IMG/VR virus record: IMGVR_UViG_3300042922_000627
Span: 1-53,527 of that record
Source of the DNA: a virus
Lineage: Duplodnaviria > Caudoviricetes
DNA: 53,527 nucleotides
Direction: 5' to 3' (one strand)
The position numbers were made by a program, and so were the translations under genes. The notes beneath the pieces are model-generated. The model was given only the letters and a program-made list of their open reading frames with translations, was not told the DNA's origin and made no database searches. Positions 1 to 9,209 of this stretch are shown here, piece by piece (position 1 is the stretch's first letter; every line of letters starts with the position of its first letter).

Positions 1-127
1 CTGAAGTGCTGAGCTATTTCACTCATTTTGAGTGTATTAACATGATAATTCTCCATGCCCTTCATCAGTTGGAAATGGTTGTTTTTTACGTCTTTATATG
101 CCGGCGATGCAGTATGATGTTGCTGGA
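1..127. repeat. Terminal overlap identical to 53401-53527 (circular assembly)
   Basis: First 127 nt equal last 127 nt; the endolysin ORF reads in frame across the join. Confidence 0.97.
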
Positions 128-218
128 TTGTTTTAAAGGTCTTTGACCCTTTTAGCCCTTCGATATAACTCCGAAGCTCGCCCCTGCTCATAAGAATGAA
201 CTTTCCTTCTTGTTTCAT
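1..218 (-). CDS. Endolysin, 5' part (N-acetylmuramoyl-L-alanine amidase); continues across the circular junction to 52932
   Basis: ATG at 218 preceded by GGGTGAAGGT; MKQEGKFILMSRGELRSYIEGLKGSKTFKTIQQHHTASP joins in frame with the 52932..53465 ORF (228 aa total); HHT motif of Amidase_2. Confidence 0.88.
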   Translation of the reverse strand, partial: MKQEGKFILMSRGELRSYIEGLKGSKTFKTIQQHHTASPAYKDVKNNHFQLMKGMENYHVNTLKMSEIAQHF

Positions 219-250
219 TTACCTTCACCCTTTCTTATTTTTTTGTAATC

Positions 251-284
251 AAAAAGGATTACCCATTTACTGAGTAATCCTTTC
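251..284 (-). terminator. Intrinsic terminator of the small SOS-box gene
   Basis: AAAGGATTAC...GTAATCCTTT stem followed by a T run on the minus strand. Confidence 0.7.
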
Positions 285-518
285 TTATTTACCTTCCATG
301 AACCACTTGTCTTCTTCCAAAAACAAATATGTTTCCTTGCCATGGATACGGCAAGTATACCTATATCCCTGGCCTCCTACGCTATGACTCGCTGCCTTCC
401 GGACATCCAATACTTTATCTACATCATATTTCCTACCGTCAGGCCAGATTATATAAATCGGATTTATAGATCCGTCCGATACAAATTGGACCATTACATC
501 AACAAAAACTTTCTTCAT
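285..518 (-). CDS. Small conserved protein (77 aa), DUF6504-like family often found beside Y-family polymerases in Firmicutes
   Basis: Likely start MKKVFVDV at 518 with RBS GGAGTGAGG; motif DGSINPIYIIWPDGRKYDVDKVLDVRKAAS...GGQGYRYTC...YLF...KWF. Confidence 0.75.
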   Translation of the reverse strand: MKKVFVDVMVQFVSDGSINPIYIIWPDGRKYDVDKVLDVRKAASHSVGGQGYRYTCRIHGKETYLFLEEDKWFMEGK

Positions 519-531
519 AACAGCCTCACTC

Positions 532-582
532 CGAACATACGTTTGTTTTTTTATTATATGCCAGGATCGCGGTTTGATGCAA
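532..582 (-). promoter_or_regulatory. SigA promoter plus LexA (Cheo)-type box
   Basis: TTGCAT (582-577), 18 nt, TATAAT (558-553); CGAACATACGTTTG at 532-545 between the -10 and the RBS. Confidence 0.72.
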
Positions 583-612
583 TAACAGTTTCTTACATGG
601 GCACAGTTTTTT

Positions 613-1215
613 CTATACTGGCCAAACGATGTCCATCCAGCTATCATCCTCACAGGTCAGTATCTGCGCTTTGAGCTCGTGAAACCTTACCCACTGGCTT
701 TTTAGGTGAACGTCAAAGCCGTCGGAATATAGCTTTTTAAATTGATCTATAGTATATGATTTAGGAAAACCTCCCTTCTCCTTCCACAAAACTGTTGTCT
801 GTAAGCCTGCGTTTATACCTGTCAAGTACGCCGTCAGGTTATCTTGATCTTGCTTTTCAAATCCATAAAATTTCATTTCTCCATCTGCATCGGAGTAAAA
901 CCCTTCGAATATGGCATCGGTACACGCCCGGTCAAGCTGTGTGATCTTAGCTGCTTTTTGTTCCTCTGTTGTTGGCTGAATTTGAGGTTTAATCCCTCCA
1001 GTATCCTTATAGTACTCGTGGTAATCTTGGAATACTTTTTGTTCATTTACAGTACAATCCTGTTCTGGAATAAACATCATTGCAACATCAGGGAGAGTGA
1101 TACGAAATCCTCCTGATATACCTATACCAGGTGCACCTTCTGTATAGTCCATATCCCAGACACTACACAATTCCTCAGAATTATAGATTACTTTGCTATC
1201 CTGTAGGTGTATCAT
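613..1215 (-). CDS. Tail-fibre-associated protein (DUF4376-like C-terminus)
   Basis: Directly after tail fibre; KITQLDRACTDAIFEGF...DQDNL pattern. Confidence 0.65.
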   Translation of the reverse strand: MIHLQDSKVIYNSEELCSVWDMDYTEGAPGIGISGGFRITLPDVAMMFIPEQDCTVNEQKVFQDYHEYYKDTGGIKPQIQPTTEEQKAAKITQLDRACTDAIFEGFYSDADGEMKFYGFEKQDQDNLTAYLTGINAGLQTTVLWKEKGGFPKSYTIDQFKKLYSDGFDVHLKSQWVRFHELKAQILTCEDDSWMDIVWPV

Positions 1216-1217
1216 TT

Positions 1218-4200
1218 CTATATCCTCCCTCTACAATCTAATAATATCCTGCCTGCTACCTGCAGACCATAATTTTTAATATTCGCTATTACTGTAGAAT
1301 CTGTTACAGAGTAATGAAGTATTACATGAGTTTTACTAGCATTAGGTGCCTCAAATTTCATTGCATTCGTACAATCATATACTGAACTTGTACTTCCACA
1401 CAGGAATGTCATGTTTAATACAGTTACCGCATAAACACTAACTCGTTTTGTATTACACGGTACAACAAAACTTATGACGAGTCCATAAGGCCCATTATGC
1501 ACCCAATACGCATTCACCCACCCGAATGCAGCCACTTCATATATACTTGCATCAAGCATTTGATCGAAGAAACTGTCTCTAGGTTGCTTTTCCTCAACAG
1601 CTCTGCTAAGTCCATTTAAGGAATTTATGATACTCTGTCGATAGGATAATGATAAGCTACCAAATGATTGAACATGCATTGTCTTTAGAATCTTATAATC
1701 TGCTGTATATGTGGCCCCAGGATTGATATTTGCCGAACCAGTTGAAGCATATCCAAAATTACCTATCGCTGTGTAAGCAGTTACACCCCATTTTGGATCT
1801 ACAATACCATTCTGTCTTATTTGTATAAATTCCATAGTTGCTGGGTATTTGAAAGCAGAGGGTAATAGGTCAGGATAGGCAGCGCCATTATGGTTATATC
1901 CTATGAAATAACCATCTATACGGAATATAGGATTGGCAACTTCACCTAGCACAATACCAGGCTCAATCCGGATATGATTATCACCCTTGACTAAATCCCA
2001 TATCTCACCATGAATATGTGTATTTACGTCAGATATGGGTTCAGGTTTAACATAGTTTATATAATATGTGAACTTATGCCCTGTATACCCAGGCGCAATA
2101 TTCGCCTTGCAGTAATTGAGATTACGTAAGTCAGTTGTTCCATTATCACATCTTGCCACTACAGCGTTAATAGGTGCAGAAGATGTAGTACTAGGTACAG
2201 TTAATACATTCCCACTCACACCTGTGATCTGAAAAGCCATTGCGAATCCTACTATTGCAATATAATCTCCTGTCTTAAATATACTACCATCTGCGACAGT
2301 CAATGTAGTCTGACCATTTGTGTACGCTACAGATACCGTTGTGGCCGAATTTGGAGGATATTGTGTTAAACTTAGGTCTGATGAAGCTGACCTACCCATC
2401 GCCACAAATAAGGTATACCTACTTTGATCCGTATTTAATGTTTTCCAACCATTCATTATAGCTTTGACCTCATCACCAGTTGGACTAATGGAATCTATAA
2501 AACCACTCTCTGTGTTAGGCATATTAAGATAAAGATATGTGGCATTTAATGCCCATCCATTATCGCTTGCACCGATTGTATCTAATCGTGGCACAATATC
2601 TCCGTTATGTTTGGCAAGTACATTCCTCTTTTCAGAAGTTGTCGTAAATATATCAGGTAAAGCTCCAGTAGGAATAGTAAATGTTTTATAACCAGACGGG
2701 GCACTAATAAATTGCCAATCATAATCCTTACCATATAGTACTCTATATTTACTAAGACGAGTTCCAGAAACTTCCTTATTTTCGATATGGATTTTATCCT
2801 CTCTCTCAAATCTACCTTCCACTACAAATCTTTGTAGATCACACGATTTATATGCAGTTGGAGCTGTCGTACCTTCTATAAGCATTATAGAATCAACGTC
2901 CGCTGCACCTGCCGTACGAAGTTGGAGTACTACACCAATGCTTTCATTATCTCCTGTATTAAAAGTTCCAGGAGTATTTAGCCTGATGGGCGTAAATAGA
3001 TTTGATGCGTATATCGATACAGTGACCTCGGAAGAGATAGTGGTTAGATTTGCACTTATATAGTAGTTGGTATTCTTCTTCACTGGAACCATCTGTATCA
3101 TATTACCAGGGGACGCGCCATTATCAATTCTGAATTTACCATTGACTACTCCAATATATGTATTAGGGATATTGGATGTCCAGTACAACATACCATCTTC
3201 ACAATTACCGTTGATAACCAAATTATGTCGGCGATTCTCAAACATGGGATTCATTAGACAAGCATGATTATCCACATATGGATATTTAGCCATCAGTTCA
3301 GCTAATGGCAGACTAGCATCTTCGGCTGGAATTTCATTAATCATAACGCCATCAATGTTAAATGTGTTACCAATAGCATTAGTTGCGGCAGTTAATCTTA
3401 TATATATTTCAGTAAGACCTACCAACTCTGCATGTAGTACAACACCTATACGTGTAAATGCTGATGCAGAGGCTATTACAGTGTCTCCATGACCACTTAA
3501 TGCCATATCATATGCACCTAATGTAAAATTAATGGCACCACTCATTTTACAGTATGCAGAAAAGAAATAATATTTATTTGGGTCTATCGCTATTTTTTTT
3601 GAATATAAACCAAAGTAACCGCTTGCGGCGGTCGCTGTAGCTTTAATTGAGCTAGACCCGAATACACTCCCAGTACTATCGATAGCCTTAGTAGTATTAA
3701 CACCGATGACCGTATATTTCGAGACATCTTCACAATTACCATCATTACCGAGTAAATTTGTAATTGAAAATCCCTCAAAGTCCAATGTAACCGGGGAAGA
3801 TACTTCGGGTATCTGAACTTTATTGTTCATGCCCCAGCTTAATGTTGGGGATAGCGATACCCCGTTCTTAACTAAAGTGTCCAATTCATCAGCCTTAACT
3901 CCTTGAGCAGCAGTGGCAAAAGCAGAGGCTTCTTTTCCGTCGAGTAGATCAGCATCTAGGCCGCTGCCACTGCCATCGACTGTTTTGATTTTGTCCAACA
4001 CATCTGCTGCAGTGTAATTTGATAAATCTACTTTTAAACTTAATGCATTCTGTTGTGCTGTAGACACTGGCTTATCTGCGTCTGATGTATTATTGACATT
4101 GCTCAACTCAACATCGGATTTATTAAGCGTTACTACACCAGTCTTCCCAGCAACGCTGTTAACTGTGTTGACCTGAGCACCTGCAGCTATGCCATCGAGC

Positions 4201-4925
4201 TTTGATTTGTCGGTAGAGGACATGAACCCGCTAGTCGATGTAGTGGCGGAGCTGTGGACATGATCCCCAGCGGCAACATCATTAGCGCCAGTACCAACAT
4301 TCTTAAACGCTGATGCTCCAAGATCAGCAAACCATTTCATAACTTTACCAAATAGAACTGACAGTTTTTCTCCAGATGATAGGTCCGTCCTTGTTTCAGC
4401 CGGGAGAAATGCTGCTGTCAAATCTGAGCCGTTTCCGTTATTGTCAAGTTTTGCAGTTAGAGCCGTATTCATCATACCGACACTCACCAACGCTGAGGTA
4501 TTTACTATGAGAGTAAATTCTGCTTCGTTAGAAGCATCAATGACTGCGTAAAAGTTCAGGGCAAAATCCGGTATCTCAGAATTAGAAGGAATCGCTATAC
4601 CGGTATTGTCCTGAAGGATAGCGTACAGAGCAGGTGGATTACTTCCGACATGCGCCCATATTCCTATCTGGTTCATTGTGTAGCCGGTTGTCAATCCCTC
4701 GCTGACAATTAAGATATTTACCTTTTTGCCGTTTGTTTCATTAGCCAGACCGACAATGGGAAGAACCTGCTTCTGATTTTTAAGAGCCGTTTGCGCCATG
4801 AGCGAAACCGGTGCCACCGTACCACTTCCTCCAGATGCGTAATCAATTATCAGTTTCGCACCACCAAGTACCTGCTGGTACATGGCAACACCAGCATTTG
4901 TTACTACTGCATTATCCCAAGCCAT
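1218..4925 (-). CDS. Tail fibre / receptor-binding protein, 1235 aa
   Basis: N-terminal baseplate-attachment region; fibre motifs VNSVAGKTGVVTL and DGSGSGLDADLLDG; two CBM-like NL..NGNCED modules; follows gpI. Confidence 0.85.
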   Translation of the reverse strand: MAWDNAVVTNAGVAMYQQVLGGAKLIIDYASGGSGTVAPVSLMAQTALKNQKQVLPIVGLANETNGKKVNILIVSEGLTTGYTMNQIGIWAHVGSNPPALYAILQDNTGIAIPSNSEIPDFALNFYAVIDASNEAEFTLIVNTSALVSVGMMNTALTAKLDNNGNGSDLTAAFLPAETRTDLSSGEKLSVLFGKVMKWFADLGASAFKNVGTGANDVAAGDHVHSSATTSTSGFMSSTDKSKLDGIAAGAQVNTVNSVAGKTGVVTLNKSDVELSNVNNTSDADKPVSTAQQNALSLKVDLSNYTAADVLDKIKTVDGSGSGLDADLLDGKEASAFATAAQGVKADELDTLVKNGVSLSPTLSWGMNNKVQIPEVSSPVTLDFEGFSITNLLGNDGNCEDVSKYTVIGVNTTKAIDSTGSVFGSSSIKATATAASGYFGLYSKKIAIDPNKYYFFSAYCKMSGAINFTLGAYDMALSGHGDTVIASASAFTRIGVVLHAELVGLTEIYIRLTAATNAIGNTFNIDGVMINEIPAEDASLPLAELMAKYPYVDNHACLMNPMFENRRHNLVINGNCEDGMLYWTSNIPNTYIGVVNGKFRIDNGASPGNMIQMVPVKKNTNYYISANLTTISSEVTVSIYASNLFTPIRLNTPGTFNTGDNESIGVVLQLRTAGAADVDSIMLIEGTTAPTAYKSCDLQRFVVEGRFEREDKIHIENKEVSGTRLSKYRVLYGKDYDWQFISAPSGYKTFTIPTGALPDIFTTTSEKRNVLAKHNGDIVPRLDTIGASDNGWALNATYLYLNMPNTESGFIDSISPTGDEVKAIMNGWKTLNTDQSRYTLFVAMGRSASSDLSLTQYPPNSATTVSVAYTNGQTTLTVADGSIFKTGDYIAIVGFAMAFQITGVSGNVLTVPSTTSSAPINAVVARCDNGTTDLRNLNYCKANIAPGYTGHKFTYYINYVKPEPISDVNTHIHGEIWDLVKGDNHIRIEPGIVLGEVANPIFRIDGYFIGYNHNGAAYPDLLPSAFKYPATMEFIQIRQNGIVDPKWGVTAYTAIGNFGYASTGSANINPGATYTADYKILKTMHVQSFGSLSLSYRQSIINSLNGLSRAVEEKQPRDSFFDQMLDASIYEVAAFGWVNAYWVHNGPYGLVISFVVPCNTKRVSVYAVTVLNMTFLCGSTSSVYDCTNAMKFEAPNASKTHVILHYSVTDSTVIANIKNYGLQVAGRILLDCRGRI

Positions 4926-5514
4926 ACATTGCCACCTCCACCGTAAATGCCATTCCCATACCTGCGACAGCAGCAGCTTTATAGTTCCTGCAATATCCAG
5001 CAGGGAAAGCTACATATTCTATGTTGTCGAGATGCGAACGAAGATTTTTATAATATTCCACTCTGTCAAGTACTCTTTTATGCTTTGTTGGGTTTACTCC
5101 TTCATAGGTTGCATCCAATAATAATTTGAAATGATACGGATCCCCTCCATAGGTAAACCATTCTTCAACTTTTGTATCCGGATAAATAGCCGAAATTGCC
5201 TTTTCCACAGCTCCCTTTGTTCCAAGAGTTCTGTGGACATTCCAACTGTCTTTTAATGTTTTTCGTTTTTCTTCTAGGCTATAATTGTAATCCCACCAGT
5301 CAACCTTAAAGTCATAAGCCAATATGTCCAGCAGTTTTTCAGACAGTTCATCAATTCGAGAATAGAGCATCAAGCTTGCTATTTCATCCGGGCGCAACGC
5401 CAATTCGTCAGAAATCGATGAAGCGAGGGCGAGCATATTTTCATCTTTTGCCAGAATCTCTGGAAAAACTCGAAGAAGATTTTCCGATGTTATTCCATAA
5501 TTATTCATTTTCAT
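4912..5514 (-). CDS. P2 gpI-like baseplate/tail protein
   Basis: LLDILAYDFKVDWWD...HRTLGTKGAV...EWF; start at 5514 after GGAGG. Confidence 0.88.
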   Translation of the reverse strand: MKMNNYGITSENLLRVFPEILAKDENMLALASSISDELALRPDEIASLMLYSRIDELSEKLLDILAYDFKVDWWDYNYSLEEKRKTLKDSWNVHRTLGTKGAVEKAISAIYPDTKVEEWFTYGGDPYHFKLLLDATYEGVNPTKHKRVLDRVEYYKNLRSHLDNIEYVAFPAGYCRNYKAAAVAGMGMAFTVEVAMYGLG

Positions 5515-6637
5515 ATCCTCCGTTAGTGATAATAATAGAGTCAATCTGCGCTATCTCGGGAGTAGTGTTGTCAGAACCGTCACTAAGAATCGTAAAAGCA
5601 GGTTCTGTAAGAATAATACGTTTAACTCCTGCCTCTTTAACCAATTGCCGCAACTCGTCAGGATTGATGTCTCGTCCAAGCTTGCCGCATTGCCATTTCA
5701 CATATGCCTGTACTGCTGCATTCACCGCCGATTCGATTTCTGCTGCACTTTTTGAAGCATTATTCGGGATGAAATATGTAAAAATAATATTATAAGGTAC
5801 AACATCCGGATCCTCCACAGTTACGTAATCTGTGAGCGGTCTGACAAAATCATCATTACAGGCAGCAAGCATATCATTTTTTATTTCTGTACTTGCGCCG
5901 GTACCATCATTCATAAGTGCATACAGGTTAACCTTCCCAGGGGAAGGAGTGTTTACGACAACATCCGCTATTTCACCGGATACTTGTTTTGTGAAATAGA
6001 TATAGCCACCTTTCGCTCCAGCGTTACTGTATGCATCCTGGCTGGCTCTCATTAACTCATAAAATTCGTCATCCGTGCTGATATCAGAGCCACCGTCACT
6101 TGAAGTAATATTCTCGCAGTGGTCGTAATAAGCATAAGGTTCAATGATAACGCTTATCTGTCCTGCTGCATATCCGTTTCCAGTTCTTCCGGTGGTCTGG
6201 CACTGGATCTTTACATCGGTATATGTATCACCGGCTTTGACATATGCGTCTGCTGTCGTTTCCCATACAAGCGCTCCCTCAATATCTGTTATCTGTGTTC
6301 CTGATGGTATTAGTATGGAAGTGGACTGTACAGCTGAGATATAAAATCTCACAGTGCAAACTGCAGCTTGAGCCTTCGGGCGTTTTTTGACATAAAATAA
6401 TTCGCCCAAGGCATCAAGGTTTTCACTTTCGGCTCTGCTGGGCAAATTCTGGTTACCTGTGTAATTGTTTAATCCCCGTTCAAGAACCAATACGTCGGCT
6501 ATCCAATTAATAAATAGTTTCTCCGGGCTGGCCGGACGTACTACGCTGCCGGTGATTAGCTCATAAGCGGATATAAGCTTTGTCACCAAGGCATTTGTAT
6601 CTGTACTTATGAATTGATATTCCTTGTTTCTACTCAT
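5501..6637 (-). CDS. Baseplate J/gp47-like protein
   Basis: AESENLDALG, GGSD..TDDEF, SNAGAKGGY, VRPLTD motifs. Confidence 0.92.
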   Translation of the reverse strand: MSRNKEYQFISTDTNALVTKLISAYELITGSVVRPASPEKLFINWIADVLVLERGLNNYTGNQNLPSRAESENLDALGELFYVKKRPKAQAAVCTVRFYISAVQSTSILIPSGTQITDIEGALVWETTADAYVKAGDTYTDVKIQCQTTGRTGNGYAAGQISVIIEPYAYYDHCENITSSDGGSDISTDDEFYELMRASQDAYSNAGAKGGYIYFTKQVSGEIADVVVNTPSPGKVNLYALMNDGTGASTEIKNDMLAACNDDFVRPLTDYVTVEDPDVVPYNIIFTYFIPNNASKSAAEIESAVNAAVQAYVKWQCGKLGRDINPDELRQLVKEAGVKRIILTEPAFTILSDGSDNTTPEIAQIDSIIITNGGYENE

Positions 6638-6950
6638 CGTTTATATCGACCTCCACAGTTGGTATTAATTTTCCCGGAACGCTTTCATCAATTTCAAAAG
6701 TTACACCTACCAGTTCGGCCCGTGGTTCATATTCTGCTATTGCTTCTGTGATTTCAACCATCAGTAAAGCCTTTGCCACGGGTATGGGCTTATCGACAAA
6801 TTGCATTGGTAAACCGAATCCCCGATATAGAGGCACCGTGCCTTGTCTGGTCGAGATAATGATGGCTATATTCTGAATGACCGATGCTATCCTGTCACTC
6901 TCGTTTAACTTTATTCTATTCATATCTTTCGAACTGACCTTAAAGCTCAT
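6630..6950 (-). CDS. Baseplate wedge gpW/gp25 family
   Basis: QNIAIIISTRQGTVPLYRGFG...YEPR. Confidence 0.9.
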   Translation of the reverse strand: MSFKVSSKDMNRIKLNESDRIASVIQNIAIIISTRQGTVPLYRGFGLPMQFVDKPIPVAKALLMVEITEAIAEYEPRAELVGVTFEIDESVPGKLIPTVEVDINDE

Positions 6951-6959
6951 AGTGCCACC

Positions 6960-7358
6960 TCAATTTCTTAGATATTCAAGCAAACTTACAGAAACCGTCG
7001 CAGACGTCAACTTGCCACCTGCACTGAAGGTCTGCATGTTTATCTTATGCTTTTCTATTGTCCACCGGTATTTACCAAAGGTCTTATCTCCGACGATGAA
7101 TGTAAGGGATTTTCCGCTACGCTCATACTTCCAAATCTTCACAAGCTCCGGAAGTGGATCCACGCCCAGGTATTCCGAAAGTACCATATCAAAAGATATA
7201 GTATCAGGTTCAAGTCCAGTAAATTCTGTAAGTGAATTTGTCAGATGCCGATCATGTTTGGCATATCTTGCACTCCCAGACCACACCAAATTATTTATTG
7301 TTTCAAACGCTTCTGAGGAAACCTGAAAAACAATGTCGCCCAGCGCCCCTATCTGCAT
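6960..7358 (-). CDS. P2 gpU-like tail protein
   Basis: IGALGDIVF...EFTGLEPDTISF...LLEY. Confidence 0.88.
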   Translation of the reverse strand: MQIGALGDIVFQVSSEAFETINNLVWSGSARYAKHDRHLTNSLTEFTGLEPDTISFDMVLSEYLGVDPLPELVKIWKYERSGKSLTFIVGDKTFGKYRWTIEKHKINMQTFSAGGKLTSATVSVSLLEYLRN

Positions 7359-7687
7359 TAAATCACCCCCAGTATAAACCCGTCTCCGTTGAAAACAGGA
7401 AGACAGAGAACCAGAACCGTATCATTTACCGCAGGCATCCAGTATGCAACTACAGCATCATGGTCATGTTTACAGTCTACGATGATTTGCTCTCCTTCAG
7501 ATATGGTGTGCAAATGTTTACCTTTGTTTTTAACGTCTACTATTCCCGGATATTGAATTACACTAAGCCATCCAGACATCATATTATCCTTGTCCTGATA
7601 TAAAACCCTGGCTTTCCTATTTGTGATGTTTATGTTTGTGACAGTTCCAATTCTCACGAGATTTTCCAATATATTTTCATAATCCAT
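7358..7687 (-). CDS. Baseplate spike / gpV-like protein (short, OB fold)
   Basis: LVRIGTV...KARV...SGWL...WMPAVNDTVLVL...DGFILG. Confidence 0.8.
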   Translation of the reverse strand: MDYENILENLVRIGTVTNINITNRKARVLYQDKDNMMSGWLSVIQYPGIVDVKNKGKHLHTISEGEQIIVDCKHDHDAVVAYWMPAVNDTVLVLCLPVFNGDGFILGVI

Positions 7688-9000
7688 CAGTATCCCTCCA
7701 ATGTCTTTCGGAGCTGAATCTGTACTGTATAACCTGAACTTCCGATAGAATGCTTTGCCTGTTTAATGATATACTTACCGCTCCATGCTCCCCAGTCTTC
7801 AATCATAATCGTAACCCCTGCCGTCATCTCCGGATTGCCTGGTAAAGTAAATGTAGCTGACTTCTCATATTTGTTTTGCAACCGTAGGCGCTTATATGCC
7901 AGAGTTTTTGCCTCTCCGATACTGTCTACTTTTGCCCATACTTCAAGCTGCTGGTTGTCTTTATTTTTTGCATTATAATCCTCTGTATAAACAATACCTT
8001 CAATCTTTTTCCTGGTAGTCGGATCAACATACCTAACCCGGCAGCTGTCATATTGTTTTCCAGCGGTACCGGTCATAAGCTTATACTTGATGTATGTGCC
8101 ATCACCTCGCTTGATTGTCAGAATATGAGGTTTTGCTTCATACGCTGCTTGATCAAATAGCACAATGATATTATTTGTAACCTTTAGCGATATCCCCGCA
8201 TTATGACAAAGGGTAGACAAAAACTTAATATCACTCATGGCAACCTGTTCAATCCGCTTATAAATCGGGTCGTTCGCTGATTCATAAATACATGACATTC
8301 CGCTATTAGCAGCCATTTGTTTTGCAATACCGGATAAAGTAACCGATTCCCATGCCTTACTTTTTTTCGTCTGCCGGATCTGCGCGATATATGGTAGCGA
8401 TGTACCCTTTATTGTGATTACGGCAGGAGGACCGGAAGTTTCCACACTATCAAGCTCGAACTGGCCGCAGTCAAGAACTTTATCCTTGCCATCACCATTC
8501 CAATTTTCACAGGTAAATACCGACTGAATGCGAAGACCTTTAATGGTCTTTGAGTTTGTCGAATTAGTATTTGCAGACTTACTGCCTCCACTTTGGGTGA
8601 TATAGCTCTCGCTTATATAAGCATCTTTACCGCTGTATTTGATATGCGCCCATCCATTGGATATGGACAAAACCTTGACTTTACTGTCGTAAGCCAGTGA
8701 TCCAACCTTTGCATGGTTCTTACCAGGGCCGCTGCGTACATTCAACCCGCTCCGGGCTGTGACTTTATAGTTTGATGTAGTGGAGGGAGAATCAGCCGCT
8801 GCTTGTATTGCAACATCAAGCCATTTCTCAAGCCAAATACCATCTCTGTCTTGTAAATTAATCTGCAGATCGTCAGCCAGATCTTCCTCATTGTCAGTAT
8901 AGGATAACGATAAAATATATGGCTGGATTGACTTTGTTATATTCACGCCCCCGAAAACTACTTCTGCAGACGTTCTCCTTGCTAAATCCTTATCGCTCAT
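7687..9000 (-). CDS. P2 gpD-like (late control D) baseplate hub with inserted SH3b domain
   Basis: LSLSYTDNEEDLADDLQI N-terminus; SH3b GLNVRSGPG...NGWAHIKYSGKDAYIS; C-terminal GNPEMTAG...GKYII. Confidence 0.88.
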   Translation of the reverse strand: MSDKDLARRTSAEVVFGGVNITKSIQPYILSLSYTDNEEDLADDLQINLQDRDGIWLEKWLDVAIQAAADSPSTTSNYKVTARSGLNVRSGPGKNHAKVGSLAYDSKVKVLSISNGWAHIKYSGKDAYISESYITQSGGSKSANTNSTNSKTIKGLRIQSVFTCENWNGDGKDKVLDCGQFELDSVETSGPPAVITIKGTSLPYIAQIRQTKKSKAWESVTLSGIAKQMAANSGMSCIYESANDPIYKRIEQVAMSDIKFLSTLCHNAGISLKVTNNIIVLFDQAAYEAKPHILTIKRGDGTYIKYKLMTGTAGKQYDSCRVRYVDPTTRKKIEGIVYTEDYNAKNKDNQQLEVWAKVDSIGEAKTLAYKRLRLQNKYEKSATFTLPGNPEMTAGVTIMIEDWGAWSGKYIIKQAKHSIGSSGYTVQIQLRKTLEGY

Positions 9001-9209
9001 CCACTCACCTGCTTCCATGGCGGCAGCGTATCGACGGCTTCCTCTATGATATCCGGCAACAAAAGCATAATACCTGCCGGAAAAATATAGTAGTTAATGT
9101 ATTGATGATTTAGATTTATAAGCTTATCTGTATATGCTGCATCCCCCAACTGGGTAAATGCTATGCTATCCCACATATCACCCTGAACAGTTATATATGT
9201 CTTACTCAT
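8997..9209 (-). CDS. P2 gpX-like tail protein (LysM-like)
   Basis: YITVQGDMWDSIA...LINLN...FPAG...LPPW. Confidence 0.9.
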   Translation of the reverse strand: MSKTYITVQGDMWDSIAFTQLGDAAYTDKLINLNHQYINYYIFPAGIMLLLPDIIEEAVDTLPPWKQVSG

